Shown: positions 48,148-58,055 of the stretch, in pieces
How the letters are laid out: each line of letters starts with the position of its first letter
Position numbering within the stretch: the stretch's first letter is position 1
Assembly (NCBI GenBank): GCA_041650915.1
Contig: JBAZKE010000003.1
Span: 149,226-213,225, forward strand
Reading direction: 5' to 3'
Length of the DNA stretch: 64,000 bases
Source: Patescibacteria group bacterium
GTDB taxonomy: Bacteria > Patescibacteriota > Patescibacteriia > UBA10025 > JAHIVO01
Notes under the pieces: generated by a model
Database searches by the model: none
Told to the model about the DNA's origin: nothing
What the model saw: the letters and a program-made list of their open reading frames with translations, nothing else
Translations under genes and position numbers: made by a program

Positions 48148-50688
48148 ATGGAAACACCAAGCGTTGACATCGTTGGCCCGCTCAAGGATATGTTCATGAA
48201 CCTGCTCGAGAACCCGTCCTTCCCGGTCATACTCGTCGGTATTTCGGTGCTCGTTGTAATTTTCGCGGGCATTTTTATTTTTGGAAAGTTTTTGCGCAGC
48301 GAGAAATCGCTGCCGCCCGCGCTCCGCAAGACCGTGCTGCTCGTGACCGTGCCGAAAGAGTCCGAGATCAAGGATGAGGAGGGGCAGCGGCAGCGGACGG
48401 TGGCTGAGATGCTCGCCGAAGCTGAGGCGTGGTTTACGGCGATCGCAGGCATGCGCGCACAGCGCGGGCTCGGCGTGGTGGTCACGGGGCGGTACGACCA
48501 CTTTTCACTGGAAATCGTCGCGCACGACGGGCTCATCTCGTTCTACATCGTCTGCCCAAACTACCTGCGTCCGTACATGGAGCAGCACATCCATGCCCAG
48601 TATCCCCGTGCGCAGATCGAAGAAGTGCCCGCGTACAATATTTTCAAGCCGACGAGCACGGTGCTCGCAGCCGGACTAAAGTCGAAGAAACCGTACATTT
48701 TTCCGATCCGAACGTTCAAGCAGCTTGACGTCGATCCGCTCAACGCGCTCACAAACATACTGTCAAAGCTCGCTGACGACGAAGCTGCAGCGATCCAGTA
48801 CGTCGTCCGCTCGGCGAAAGCGGAGTGGCATACCTGGGGTGCGCGGGTCGCGCAGGAGATGCACCGCGGCAAGACGCTCAGGGACGCGATGGGCGGCCAC
48901 GGGCTCGGCGGATTCCTCATGGAGCTCGTGCGGACGTTTTTTCCGAAAAAGGACAAGCCGATCGACGAGAACCGGATACTGTCGCCGCGCGAGCAGGAGG
49001 TTGCCAAAAGCCTCGAGGAGAAGACGTCGAAGCCGGGCATGGATGTCAACGTACGCGTGGTCGTTTCCGCACAGACCGGTGAACGGGCAAAAGCTTACCT
49101 CGATAATATCATTGATTCTTTTGCCCAGTATACGCTGCACGAGTATGGGAACGGATTCGTCCGCCGGGACCCGTTTAAGAAAGATGAGTTCATCAATGAT
49201 TTCATATACCGGAGGCTTGTGAAGCGCGGCAAGCTCATCTTGAACACCGAGGAGCTGACGAGCATTTTTCACTTTCCGCTGCCGACGACCGAGACGCCGA
49301 ATATCAGATGGCTGCAGTCCCGCAAGGCGTCACCGCCAACCAACATTCCTGCAGAGGGGCTCGTGCTCGGAAGGAGCATCTACCGCGGCGAGGAGACGGT
49401 CATCAGGATCAAGCGGCAAGACCGCCAGCGGCACGTGTACACGATCGGCAAATCCGGCGTCGGCAAGTCGGTGCTGCTCTCAAACATGATCGTTCAGGAT
49501 ATCTATAACGGGGAGGGGGTTGCGGTTGTCGATCCGCACGGCGACCTCATTGACGACGTGTTGCAGCACGTGCCGAAGGAGCGGGCGGAAGATATCGTGT
49601 ACTTCAATCCGTCAGACCAGGAGTTCCCGGTCGGGCTCAATATGCTCGAGGCGAAGACGCCCGAGGAAAAGGATTTCGCGGTGCAGGAAATGATCGCGAT
49701 CTTCTATAAGCTGTTTCCGCCGGAAATGATCGGCCCGATGTTCGAACACAACATGCGCAATGTCATGCTCACCCTCATGGAGGATACGGAGTACCCAGGG
49801 ACGATCGCCGAGATACCGCGGATGTTCACCGATCCGGCATTCCAGAAGTACAAGCTCTCGAAGGTGAAGGACCCGATCATCCGTTCGTTCTGGGAAAAGG
49901 AGATGGCGAAGACGTCCGACTTCCACAAGTCGGAGATGCTCGGGTACCTCATCTCAAAGGTAGGGCGGTTCGTCGAGAATAGCATGATGCGCAACATTAT
50001 CGGGCAGGCGCGGTCGGGATTCGATTTCGATGATATCATGAACAACAGGAAAATCCTTCTCGTCAACCTCGCGAAGGGCACGACCGGTGAGGTCAACAGC
50101 AATCTGCTCGGCCTCATTATCGTTTCGAAACTGCAGATGGCCGCCATGAAGCGCGTTACCGTTCCGGAGGAGCAGCGCAACGATTTCTACCTGTACATTG
50201 ACGAGTTCCAGAATTTCGTGACCGACAGCATCGCGACGATCCTTTCTGAGGCGCGGAAGTACCGCCTCAACTTGACGATGGCGCACCAGTACATCGGGCA
50301 GCTCGTGCGGGATAACAACGACACGAAGATACGCGATGCGGTGTTCGGCAACGCCGGCACGCTTATCGCATTCCGCGTGGGCGTCGAGGATGCCGAGACG
50401 CTCGCTCAGGAGTTCGAGCCGGTCTTCAATGAGTACGATGTCATCAACGTGGATATGTATACCGCCAATGTCAAGCTCCTGATCGACAATACGTCATCAA
50501 AGCCTTTCAACATGCAGACGTACCCGCCGCAGCCGGGAAATCCTGAAATGGCGCGTTATCTTGTCGAGCTCTCACGCCGGAAGTACGGCCGGGCACGCCA
50601 GGACGTGGAAGCGGAGATTCTCAAGAAGTCAAAGCTTGGCGAACCGGCGGCAGCACAGAGCACGCCCGTTGGGGAGCGGAGCAGGTAG
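48148..50688 (+). CDS. VirD4/TraD-like (type IV coupling protein / HerA-FtsK superfamily) ATPase
   Basis: N-terminal TM; GKSGVGKS, DPHGD, LYIDEFQNF, SEARKY, AHQ. Confidence 0.88.
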   Translation: METPSVDIVGPLKDMFMNLLENPSFPVILVGISVLVVIFAGIFIFGKFLRSEKSLPPALRKTVLLVTVPKESEIKDEEGQRQRTVAEMLAEAEAWFTAIAGMRAQRGLGVVVTGRYDHFSLEIVAHDGLISFYIVCPNYLRPYMEQHIHAQYPRAQIEEVPAYNIFKPTSTVLAAGLKSKKPYIFPIRTFKQLDVDPLNALTNILSKLADDEAAAIQYVVRSAKAEWHTWGARVAQEMHRGKTLRDAMGGHGLGGFLMELVRTFFPKKDKPIDENRILSPREQEVAKSLEEKTSKPGMDVNVRVVVSAQTGERAKAYLDNIIDSFAQYTLHEYGNGFVRRDPFKKDEFINDFIYRRLVKRGKLILNTEELTSIFHFPLPTTETPNIRWLQSRKASPPTNIPAEGLVLGRSIYRGEETVIRIKRQDRQRHVYTIGKSGVGKSVLLSNMIVQDIYNGEGVAVVDPHGDLIDDVLQHVPKERAEDIVYFNPSDQEFPVGLNMLEAKTPEEKDFAVQEMIAIFYKLFPPEMIGPMFEHNMRNVMLTLMEDTEYPGTIAEIPRMFTDPAFQKYKLSKVKDPIIRSFWEKEMAKTSDFHKSEMLGYLISKVGRFVENSMMRNIIGQARSGFDFDDIMNNRKILLVNLAKGTTGEVNSNLLGLIIVSKLQMAAMKRVTVPEEQRNDFYLYIDEFQNFVTDSIATILSEARKYRLNLTMAHQYIGQLVRDNNDTKIRDAVFGNAGTLIAFRVGVEDAETLAQEFEPVFNEYDVINVDMYTANVKLLIDNTSSKPFNMQTYPPQPGNPEMARYLVELSRRKYGRARQDVEAEILKKSKLGEPAAAQSTPVGERSR

Positions 50689-50720
50689 AGTTTTGAATGA
50701 AATAGCTGTATACTACCATT

Positions 50721-50843
50721 ATGCAGAGTGTTCAAATCGATGTAGCAACAAAAGTCAGCCTTGCGGAAAAAGCCGCGGTCGCGCTCATGATGTACGGCGC
50801 GGTTGCCCTCGGCGTAGGCATCGTGGCAGGGATGGGCGCGTAG
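50721..50843 (+). CDS. 40-aa single-TM microprotein, apparently leaderless
   Basis: MQSVQIDVATKVSLAEKAAVALMMYGAVALGVGIVAGMGA; TATACT 6 nt before the ATG. Confidence 0.5.
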   Translation: MQSVQIDVATKVSLAEKAAVALMMYGAVALGVGIVAGMGA

Positions 50844-50874
50844 TACTGGCCGCTAATACGTATCGCGATATCTT

Positions 50875-53800
50875 ATGGCAAGAATCGGTACCGTATTATT
50901 CTGTGCACTATCGTGCGTAAGCTCGATTTTTTTTATCGCGCCAGAGGCGCGTGCGGCAACCAGCGTGGGTGCGTGCGGAGACCTTACCGCGGCGAATGAA
51001 ACATATGTGCTTTCGCAGAATGTATCGAGCGATAAGACCTGCTTTACTATACGGAATAACGGCATAACGCTGGACCTCAACGGCCATACGGTCACGTATG
51101 GAAACTACTCGGCGGTTACGGTTCCGAATGCGGATTTTGAAACCGGCAGCGGCACGGCACCAGACAGCTGGAGCCTGTCAAACGCACCCGACGCCGAGCG
51201 GTTCGCCGGTACGTACGTACAGCCCGTGACGCTCTATTCGGGCGATTACGGCATGCGCTTCGTTAACCCGTCGAGCGCGCAGTACATCCGTTCGAATTCG
51301 CAAATCACGTTCAGCGCGAATACAACTTACGCGTTGACTGCGATGGTATACAACCGCGTCAGCGATGATATCACCATGTACGTGGAGCTGGAAGGCACGG
51401 ACTACCGCGCTGAGCAGGAGAGCCGTACGTGGCGCGGCTTTCAGCTCATTACGCATATTTTTCGTCCGACCTCAGACGTGACGGCCTACGTGCGTGCAGG
51501 CATCGAGGGTACGGGTCTTGCGGGCGACGGGACGGTATACATTGATGACATCAAGCTGCAGTCAGCGTATTATCACGGGGTAGCGCTGCCGACATACTGG
51601 GAAGAAAGCCGCGTGGAGTACAATTACTATCCTGATGTCAACTTGAATCTTTCGGGAACTTCGCCGCAAAATATTACGATCAAGAACGGCACGATTACCC
51701 AGGGATCCGGCAACGGCTACTTCAGCAACGACATCCAGGTGTCGGGCGGTTCCGGCATCACCATTGAGGATATCACCGCGACTGTGCACGGCATGCAGTC
51801 GTCGAATATCTATGGGTACTGGGGCAATGCCTATACGGTGCACGGCTGTACCCTGACGAGCAACGTGCAGACAATCGTGAGCCGCGATAACAACCACGGC
51901 AGCATGCTCATTATCGCCCGGAGCACCGGGGGCAATGTCATTTACGACAACGCATTTTACAACGGCCCCCAGGATGCGATCTACATCAGCGATTCGAATG
52001 ACGCTTCTGAAGGCGGCTCTGAAATATACGGCAATACGTTCCAGCTGAAGACAAGGTACACGAATAGCTTTGCTGTCGAGAACGGCGGGCGGAATGCGGA
52101 CGTGCACGATAATATCATTTTAAATACGGGAGACTATTGGGGGCGGGGCTTCCATATCCTTAATAGCGGCGAGTACTACAATAACTACATAGAATTTGAA
52201 GACCAGCCGGTGGTCCAGGAATACGACGGGTGCATACCGGCGTCTTTCGGCGTGCAGCTCGAAGGTGAAGCGGATGGCGCGAGTGATATTCATTTGTATA
52301 ATAATACGATTATCGCGCATACGGACGCAGGCGGCTGTTCGGCCGCAGCGCTTCGGTTTTCCGCCGCGGGCACCGGAAACGTGATCGACGGCAACACCCT
52401 GACCGCGGTCGCGGGAACGGGCGCCACGGAGCGCGTCTATGCGCTCAGCTTTACGGGCGGCGACCAGTCCGGATCCCCGATAACCAACAATACGATCACG
52501 AGCAATTCAAGCTGGATTTATTTTTATTACTGGGGGGATGAAGCTGCGCAGAACGTTTACGCCAAGGATAACACGTTCGCGCTCGGCGATAATCTGATCG
52601 ATTTCATACCGCTGTACGGCGCGAATACGGCCGGCAACACGTTTGTGAACAATGCATACGGGAGTGCCAATGCTCAGTCCCAGTTTGAGTCCGCTGATAT
52701 ACAGATGTACGGCAGCCCGGATGAAAATTCAAGCTTCTCAGTGCAGTGGGCGTATGACCCAGTCGTGCGGGATGCCGGTAATAATCCGATTTCAGGCGCG
52801 GCAGTCACTATAACGCGCAATGGCGCAGCGGTCTTCATCGGCACGACGGGGGCAGACGGTACGCTCGCGAATCCACCCGGGTTGACTGAGTTTGTTAATG
52901 CGGGCGGCAGCGTAACAACGTACGGATCCTACACGGTATCGATCGGCAAGAGCGGGTACTCAAGCTACTTGGATACCGTTGATCCGGCTGCTCCGATGAG
53001 CGTGGTCATAGCGCTGACTCCAACCGGCGATTCCGAACCAGCCACCTGCCTTGAGAGCTGGTCTTGCACTGAGTGGGCGGCGTGCAGCGGCGGCACAAGC
53101 ACCCGCACTTGTACGGATCTCAACAGTTGCGGCACAACAAATGACAAGCCCGCGGAAACGGCCGCGTGCCAGATGTCGCCGGGCTGCATTGAAGACTGGC
53201 TGTGTACGGCATGGAGCCCGTGCGCGGGCGGCGAGCAGATACGAGCGTGCGTTGACCGGAGCAGCTGCGGCACGCATGAGGATAAGCCCGCAGAAACATT
53301 CGATTGTTCCGGCGGGGCGGTACCATCAGACGACGATATCGCGCCTAATACACAGATTATTTCCGGTCCCGCCGGTACGATCAGTAGCCGGACTGCCGGT
53401 TTCCGCTGGATCGGCGTCGATGACCAGACGGATGCATCGGATTTGGTTTTTTCTTACCGGCTCGATTCCAATGACTGGTCAGCGTGGAGCACAGCAACGT
53501 CAGTAGACCTGCGGAAAATCAGGAACGGGGAGCATACGTTTTCGGTGCGCGCACGCGATTTGGCCGGTAACGTAGACGCTTCGCCTGCATCGGTATCGTT
53601 TTCCGTCGAGAAGCTCGCGTACATTGCGGCGGCGCCCGGTGAGGGCGGCGGTCCGCAGGTCAGGGTTTTTGACCACCAGGGAAACCTCGTCACCCAGTTT
53701 TTCGCGTTTGAGCAGGAGTTCCGTGGGGGCGTTGCCATCGCTTTTGCTGATCTTGGCGGTGACGGGATCGAGGAGATCATCGTGGGTGCCGGCTACGGCC

Positions 53801-54561
53801 GTGCGCCCGAGGTGAGGATATTCCGGCAGGATGGGACGTTCATCAATTCTTTTATGGCGTACGCGGATACGTTCCGGGGCGGCGTCTCTGTCGGCGCGGG
53901 TGATTTTGACGCTGACGGCATTGAGGAGGCGGTCACCGCGCCCCTGTCCGGAGGCGGACCGAACGTCCGGATTTTCGGCTACCGCAACGGGTCTTTCGTT
54001 CCGATCGTAGAAAATTTTATGGCATACCCGGACACGTTTAGGGGAGGATTGTCTTTGGCCGTGTCAGATGTAGAGGGAGATGGCATCGATGAAATTATCA
54101 CCGTTCCACTCACCGCGGGCGGCCCGCACGTGCGCATGTTCGGCATTCGGGATGGCAGGTTCCGGCCGGTTACGCTCGGGTACATGGCGTACGCGGATAC
54201 GTTCCGGGGCGGCGTTAGCCTGGCGAGCGGCAACTTCAACGAGGATGCCCCTGAGGAGGTTATAACCGGAGTCGCATCCGGCGGCGGCCCGCACGTGCGC
54301 ATGTTTGGTAGAACCAGATACGGGATTATCGGGCTCGTGCATCCGGGATTTTTTGCATTCATGCCGCAGTTCCGGGGCGGCGTCAGCCTGGCGGCGGCTG
54401 ATTTTGATTCCGACGGGATCGACGAAATCGTCTCTGCGGTGCGGAGCGGCAGCGATCCGCTCGTGCGCGTGCACCGGGCGGACGGCAGTTCCATCGTTTC
54501 AGAGTTTTACGCTTTTCCCCGGACATTCCGCCGCGGAATACGCATCGCCACCGGCGGATAG
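50875..54561 (+). CDS. Large secreted multidomain protein (CBM-like, beta-helix, Cys-rich repeats, Ig-like, FG-GAP-like propeller)
   Basis: Signal peptide; Asn-ladder repeats; two C.E.W.C..W..C.GG...R.C.D...CG repeats; five GGGP.VR.F...FRGGV...D..DG..E repeats. Confidence 0.8.
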   Translation: MARIGTVLFCALSCVSSIFFIAPEARAATSVGACGDLTAANETYVLSQNVSSDKTCFTIRNNGITLDLNGHTVTYGNYSAVTVPNADFETGSGTAPDSWSLSNAPDAERFAGTYVQPVTLYSGDYGMRFVNPSSAQYIRSNSQITFSANTTYALTAMVYNRVSDDITMYVELEGTDYRAEQESRTWRGFQLITHIFRPTSDVTAYVRAGIEGTGLAGDGTVYIDDIKLQSAYYHGVALPTYWEESRVEYNYYPDVNLNLSGTSPQNITIKNGTITQGSGNGYFSNDIQVSGGSGITIEDITATVHGMQSSNIYGYWGNAYTVHGCTLTSNVQTIVSRDNNHGSMLIIARSTGGNVIYDNAFYNGPQDAIYISDSNDASEGGSEIYGNTFQLKTRYTNSFAVENGGRNADVHDNIILNTGDYWGRGFHILNSGEYYNNYIEFEDQPVVQEYDGCIPASFGVQLEGEADGASDIHLYNNTIIAHTDAGGCSAAALRFSAAGTGNVIDGNTLTAVAGTGATERVYALSFTGGDQSGSPITNNTITSNSSWIYFYYWGDEAAQNVYAKDNTFALGDNLIDFIPLYGANTAGNTFVNNAYGSANAQSQFESADIQMYGSPDENSSFSVQWAYDPVVRDAGNNPISGAAVTITRNGAAVFIGTTGADGTLANPPGLTEFVNAGGSVTTYGSYTVSIGKSGYSSYLDTVDPAAPMSVVIALTPTGDSEPATCLESWSCTEWAACSGGTSTRTCTDLNSCGTTNDKPAETAACQMSPGCIEDWLCTAWSPCAGGEQIRACVDRSSCGTHEDKPAETFDCSGGAVPSDDDIAPNTQIISGPAGTISSRTAGFRWIGVDDQTDASDLVFSYRLDSNDWSAWSTATSVDLRKIRNGEHTFSVRARDLAGNVDASPASVSFSVEKLAYIAAAPGEGGGPQVRVFDHQGNLVTQFFAFEQEFRGGVAIAFADLGGDGIEEIIVGAGYGRAPEVRIFRQDGTFINSFMAYADTFRGGVSVGAGDFDADGIEEAVTAPLSGGGPNVRIFGYRNGSFVPIVENFMAYPDTFRGGLSLAVSDVEGDGIDEIITVPLTAGGPHVRMFGIRDGRFRPVTLGYMAYADTFRGGVSLASGNFNEDAPEEVITGVASGGGPHVRMFGRTRYGIIGLVHPGFFAFMPQFRGGVSLAAADFDSDGIDEIVSAVRSGSDPLVRVHRADGSSIVSEFYAFPRTFRRGIRIATGG

Positions 54562-54593
54562 ACAACCCACAATAAAAGATATATGATGCCTCT

Positions 54594-55133
54594 ATGCTAG
54601 ACATGGGTATATACGTATTTTTGCTACTTGCTATTCTGCTCGTATTCGGTTCGGCGGCGTATGCAGGCTTGCGCGCGGCTCCGTGGCTGCCGGTATTCAA
54701 GCGTGATATCGCCCGTATTGTGGCGCTCGCGGGGGTCCGCGAGGGTGAGGTAGCGTACGATCTCGGCTCAGGTGACGGGAGGGTGCTGATCGCGCTTGCT
54801 AATAACACGAAAGCCCGCCTCCTCGTCGGATATGAGATTTCTTTTTTACTGTACGTCTGGTCAGTGATCCGCGTGCGGTTTCTCGGCTTTCGGAAGCGCA
54901 TCGAGGTTCGGTACGGAGATTTCTTGACGCGTGATCTGAGCCAGGCAGATGTCATTTTTTGTTTCCTCACCCCGATGGCGATGAAGAAGCTCGATCCGAA
55001 ATTCAGGGGCGAGTTGAGGCCGGGCACGAGAATCATTTCATACAGTTTTTCTCTGCCGGGATGGGAGCCCGAGGCCGTTGATCGCGTCGGGGAGAAATCG
55101 ATTCCGATTTTCAAGTACCGTATTGACGGCTGA
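54594..55133 (+). CDS. Membrane-anchored class I SAM-dependent methyltransferase
   Basis: TM helix, APWLP, YDLGSGDGR, GYEIS. Confidence 0.85.
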   Translation: MLDMGIYVFLLLAILLVFGSAAYAGLRAAPWLPVFKRDIARIVALAGVREGEVAYDLGSGDGRVLIALANNTKARLLVGYEISFLLYVWSVIRVRFLGFRKRIEVRYGDFLTRDLSQADVIFCFLTPMAMKKLDPKFRGELRPGTRIISYSFSLPGWEPEAVDRVGEKSIPIFKYRIDG

Positions 55134-55282
55134 CCGAGATTTCGTTACACTGAAAGCAGCATGAAAATCAATACAAACGGTTAAAGCGCAAACGGAGAAA
55201 AACAACGCAAAAATCAGAAATACATAGCCAATAAAAAAACAAAAGGGCAGCAAAAAAAATATGAAAAAGGAAACCAAAAAGT

Positions 55283-55939
55283 ATGCCAAATCAAAATAAA
55301 CTAGACCAGATCCGGAAACTTCTCGACACCGCACACGTCTCACTCGAGAGCGCGCGGCAGCTTTTGGTTCAGGTCGTCGGCAAGAATGATACTGAGGCGC
55401 TTGAGGTCGCGAGCAGGGCGAAAGAGGTTGGCAGTGAATCGGTACAAGGAACGGAAAAAATCATCGAAGGAATCTTCGATGGCCAACACATGGTCGGCCC
55501 GGACGGCAAGCAGTACAGCGTACCGGCCAATTACGCTTCAAAGTCAAAGCTTGTCGTCGGCGATACGCTCAAGCTCACGATTAAGGACGACGGGTCATTT
55601 CTCTACAAGCAGATTGGCCCCATTGAGCGCGGACGGCTCGTCGGACTGCTTACCCGCGATGAGACGACGGATGAATACCGCGTTGTAGTCGGTGACCGTT
55701 CGTATAAAGTACTGCTCGCGAGTATTACGTACTTCCGCGGCGAAGCGGGCGATGAGGTTGTCATCCTCGTCCCGAAGGACCGTGAAACTGAGTGGGCGGC
55801 CGTTGAGAATATCATCAAAGCGGCAGGAGGTGCCGGTGAGCAGCCTGCGGCAGGGGGAGTGCCCACGGTGCAGATTGCCGCGGACCAGGCAACGGAACAG
55901 CCGGCTGGGCAGGTTGAGGATATCGAGGAGCTGAGCTAG
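55283..55939 (+). CDS. Hypothetical protein (conserved-looking beta-rich core)
   Basis: IIEGIFDGQHMVGPDGKQYSVPANYASKSKLV.GD.LKL. Confidence 0.8.
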   Translation: MPNQNKLDQIRKLLDTAHVSLESARQLLVQVVGKNDTEALEVASRAKEVGSESVQGTEKIIEGIFDGQHMVGPDGKQYSVPANYASKSKLVVGDTLKLTIKDDGSFLYKQIGPIERGRLVGLLTRDETTDEYRVVVGDRSYKVLLASITYFRGEAGDEVVILVPKDRETEWAAVENIIKAAGGAGEQPAAGGVPTVQIAADQATEQPAGQVEDIEELS

Positions 55940-56020
55940 CGGAGGAGCCATTTGCTAAATTGAATCGGCTGTTATACAATCTATACACGAGTGTGATACT
56001 TTTTTTGTGTATAGCTTCAT

Positions 56021-57622
56021 ATGTCCCAAGCGCTCTACCGTAAGTACCGACCGCAGACTTTTGGTGACCTGGTCGGCCAAAATCCAATCAAAGTAACCTT
56101 GCAGAACGAGGTGGAAAGCGGTCGCGTCGCGCATGCGTACCTGTTTTCCGGTCCGCGCGGTGTCGGTAAGACCACGACGGCACGGCTGCTCGCGAAAGCC
56201 GTCAACTGTACGAAGCGGAAGGGGCCGGAACCGTGCGGTACGTGCAGCTTCTGCACGGCAATGGCAGCGGGGAAGTTGCTTGACCTCATCGAGATTGACG
56301 CGGCATCGCATACGGGCGTCGATAACGTACGCGAGAATATTATTGAGAATGCCCGCTTCACGCCCCAGCAGGCAGCCTATAAAATTTTCATAATCGATGA
56401 AGTGCATATGCTCTCGACGTCGGCGTTTAATGCGCTCCTAAAGACGCTCGAGGAACCCCCGCAGCACGTGATCCTCATTCTCGCGACGACGGAAATACAC
56501 CGCGTGCCCGAAACGATTATCTCACGGTGCCAGCGGTTCGATTTCAAGCGGGTGAGCACCGGTGATCTCGTGAAACGGATGCAGCACATCGTGGGCGCAG
56601 AGAAGATAACGATCAGCGAGTCTATCCTCCAAAACATCGCGCGCCGCGCCGAGGGTTCTGTCCGGGACGCTGAGGTGCTCCTCGGCCAGATCATGGCGAT
56701 CGGGGGAAAGGACATAACGGATGAGGAAGCGTCGCTCGTTATCCCGCGGTCGAACATTGGGACGATCCTCGAATTATTCTCATACCTCGTAGCCCGTGAT
56801 GCGCCGGCCGCTCTCGGCGTCGTCGGGAAGCTCATTGATGAGGGAGTCAATATGCCGGATTTCATCAGGGAGCTCACTGAGTTCCTCCGGACGGTACTGC
56901 TGCTTAAAGTTAGCGGCATGGCTTCTGAGCTCGAGCGTTTTGAGCTCAATGAGGACACGAAGCAGTCTATCCGAATGCAGCTCGAGCAGGTGAGCATCAA
57001 GCGGCTCGTCGAGGTTATCGAAACATTCGTCGTACGGACGCGCGAGCTGGCATACGCACCAATCGTGCAGCTGCCGCTCGAGCTCGCCATCCTGGAGCTC
57101 TGCAACGATAACGGGCCCCAGCATGCGGACGCTGGGCGGGGCGGCGGGGCGGCGCCCGTTCCGGTTCCAGCTCCGAAAGCTGCTCCAAAGAAAAAAACAG
57201 GCAGCCCGAAAGCGCGATCCGGCAAGAAGACTCCGGCAGCCAGTTCGGCATCGCTCGAAAAGATCAGGTCGCAGTGGCCGAAAATCGTAAGTTCCCTGCA
57301 GAGCGCGAACCATTCAATCAGCCTTTCGCTTAAAGTTGGCATTCCTGTGAAGGTGGAAAATGGCGTTCTTACGGTCGGTTTTCAGCATAAATTCCATGCG
57401 GACCACCTTAATGAACGTCCGATGCGGTCGGTGATCGAAGATGCGGTTGAGCAGGTTTCTGGCTTGAAATTGACCCTCAAGATCACTGTTCTCGAACAGG
57501 ATGAGTACCGTGAGCTTACGCAGCCGGCTTTGGGCGGGCAGGAGGGGGAAGGCGATGGCAGCCAGCAAGCATGGGAGCAGGCGCTGAACGTATTCGGCGG
57601 CGAAGTTGTTGAGGAAGAGTAA
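56021..57622 (+). CDS. dnaX: DNA polymerase III subunit gamma/tau
   Basis: LYRKYRPQTF, GPRGVGKTT, DEVHML, SRCQ. Confidence 0.96.
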   Translation: MSQALYRKYRPQTFGDLVGQNPIKVTLQNEVESGRVAHAYLFSGPRGVGKTTTARLLAKAVNCTKRKGPEPCGTCSFCTAMAAGKLLDLIEIDAASHTGVDNVRENIIENARFTPQQAAYKIFIIDEVHMLSTSAFNALLKTLEEPPQHVILILATTEIHRVPETIISRCQRFDFKRVSTGDLVKRMQHIVGAEKITISESILQNIARRAEGSVRDAEVLLGQIMAIGGKDITDEEASLVIPRSNIGTILELFSYLVARDAPAALGVVGKLIDEGVNMPDFIRELTEFLRTVLLLKVSGMASELERFELNEDTKQSIRMQLEQVSIKRLVEVIETFVVRTRELAYAPIVQLPLELAILELCNDNGPQHADAGRGGGAAPVPVPAPKAAPKKKTGSPKARSGKKTPAASSASLEKIRSQWPKIVSSLQSANHSISLSLKVGIPVKVENGVLTVGFQHKFHADHLNERPMRSVIEDAVEQVSGLKLTLKITVLEQDEYRELTQPALGGQEGEGDGSQQAWEQALNVFGGEVVEEE

Positions 57623-57750
57623 TTGATAGAGAAACGGCCGAGTATTTCCACTGCAAGGTATCGCCCGGTTCAGGGCTGTATAACCCGCAGCCGCGCGAAG
57701 GTTTTTTCACTTGCAAAAAGGTACAACCTCTGCTACTATTTTTTACACGT

Positions 57751-57824
57751 TGCGGGATCGTCTAATGGTAGGACGACGGACTCTGAATCCGTTAATCCTG
57801 GTTCGAGTCCAGGTCCCGCAGCCA
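57751..57824 (+). tRNA. tRNA-Gln(CUG), CCA encoded
   Basis: Acceptor TGCGGGA/TCCCGCA, anticodon loop CT-CTG-AA, T-arm CCTGG-TTCGAGT-CCAGG; promoter TTGCAA-17-TACTAT at 57711-57739. Confidence 0.96.
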
Positions 57825-57956
57825 TTGCGTGAGCAATGGCGAGGAGACAGCGACACAACTGCTTGTGTCGCGTCGGACTCGAAGGGCGAACGATGTCGCC
57901 AATGGCGACCGTGAGCCCAGGCCCGTGAGGGCGAGTCCAGGTCCCGCAGCCATTGC
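57804..57956 (+). repeat. 25-bp direct repeat of the tRNA-Gln 3' end bracketing a 103-bp structured insert
   Basis: CGAGTCCAGGTCCCGCAGCCATTGC at 57804-57828 and 57932-57956. Confidence 0.9.
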
Positions 57957-58055
57957 CTCAAAATAAGTTATTGAATAAAAAAAGCGGCCCGAACATTATC
58001 AGCAGGATATGTTCAGACCGCCAATTCCGCTTTACCGTGAGGTAGAGGGTGTTTT

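Noticed and set aside
57185-57200. Programmed -1 frameshift in dnaX
   Set aside because: The A7 run is not phased as an A-AAA-AAG heptamer and I saw no convincing stimulatory element.
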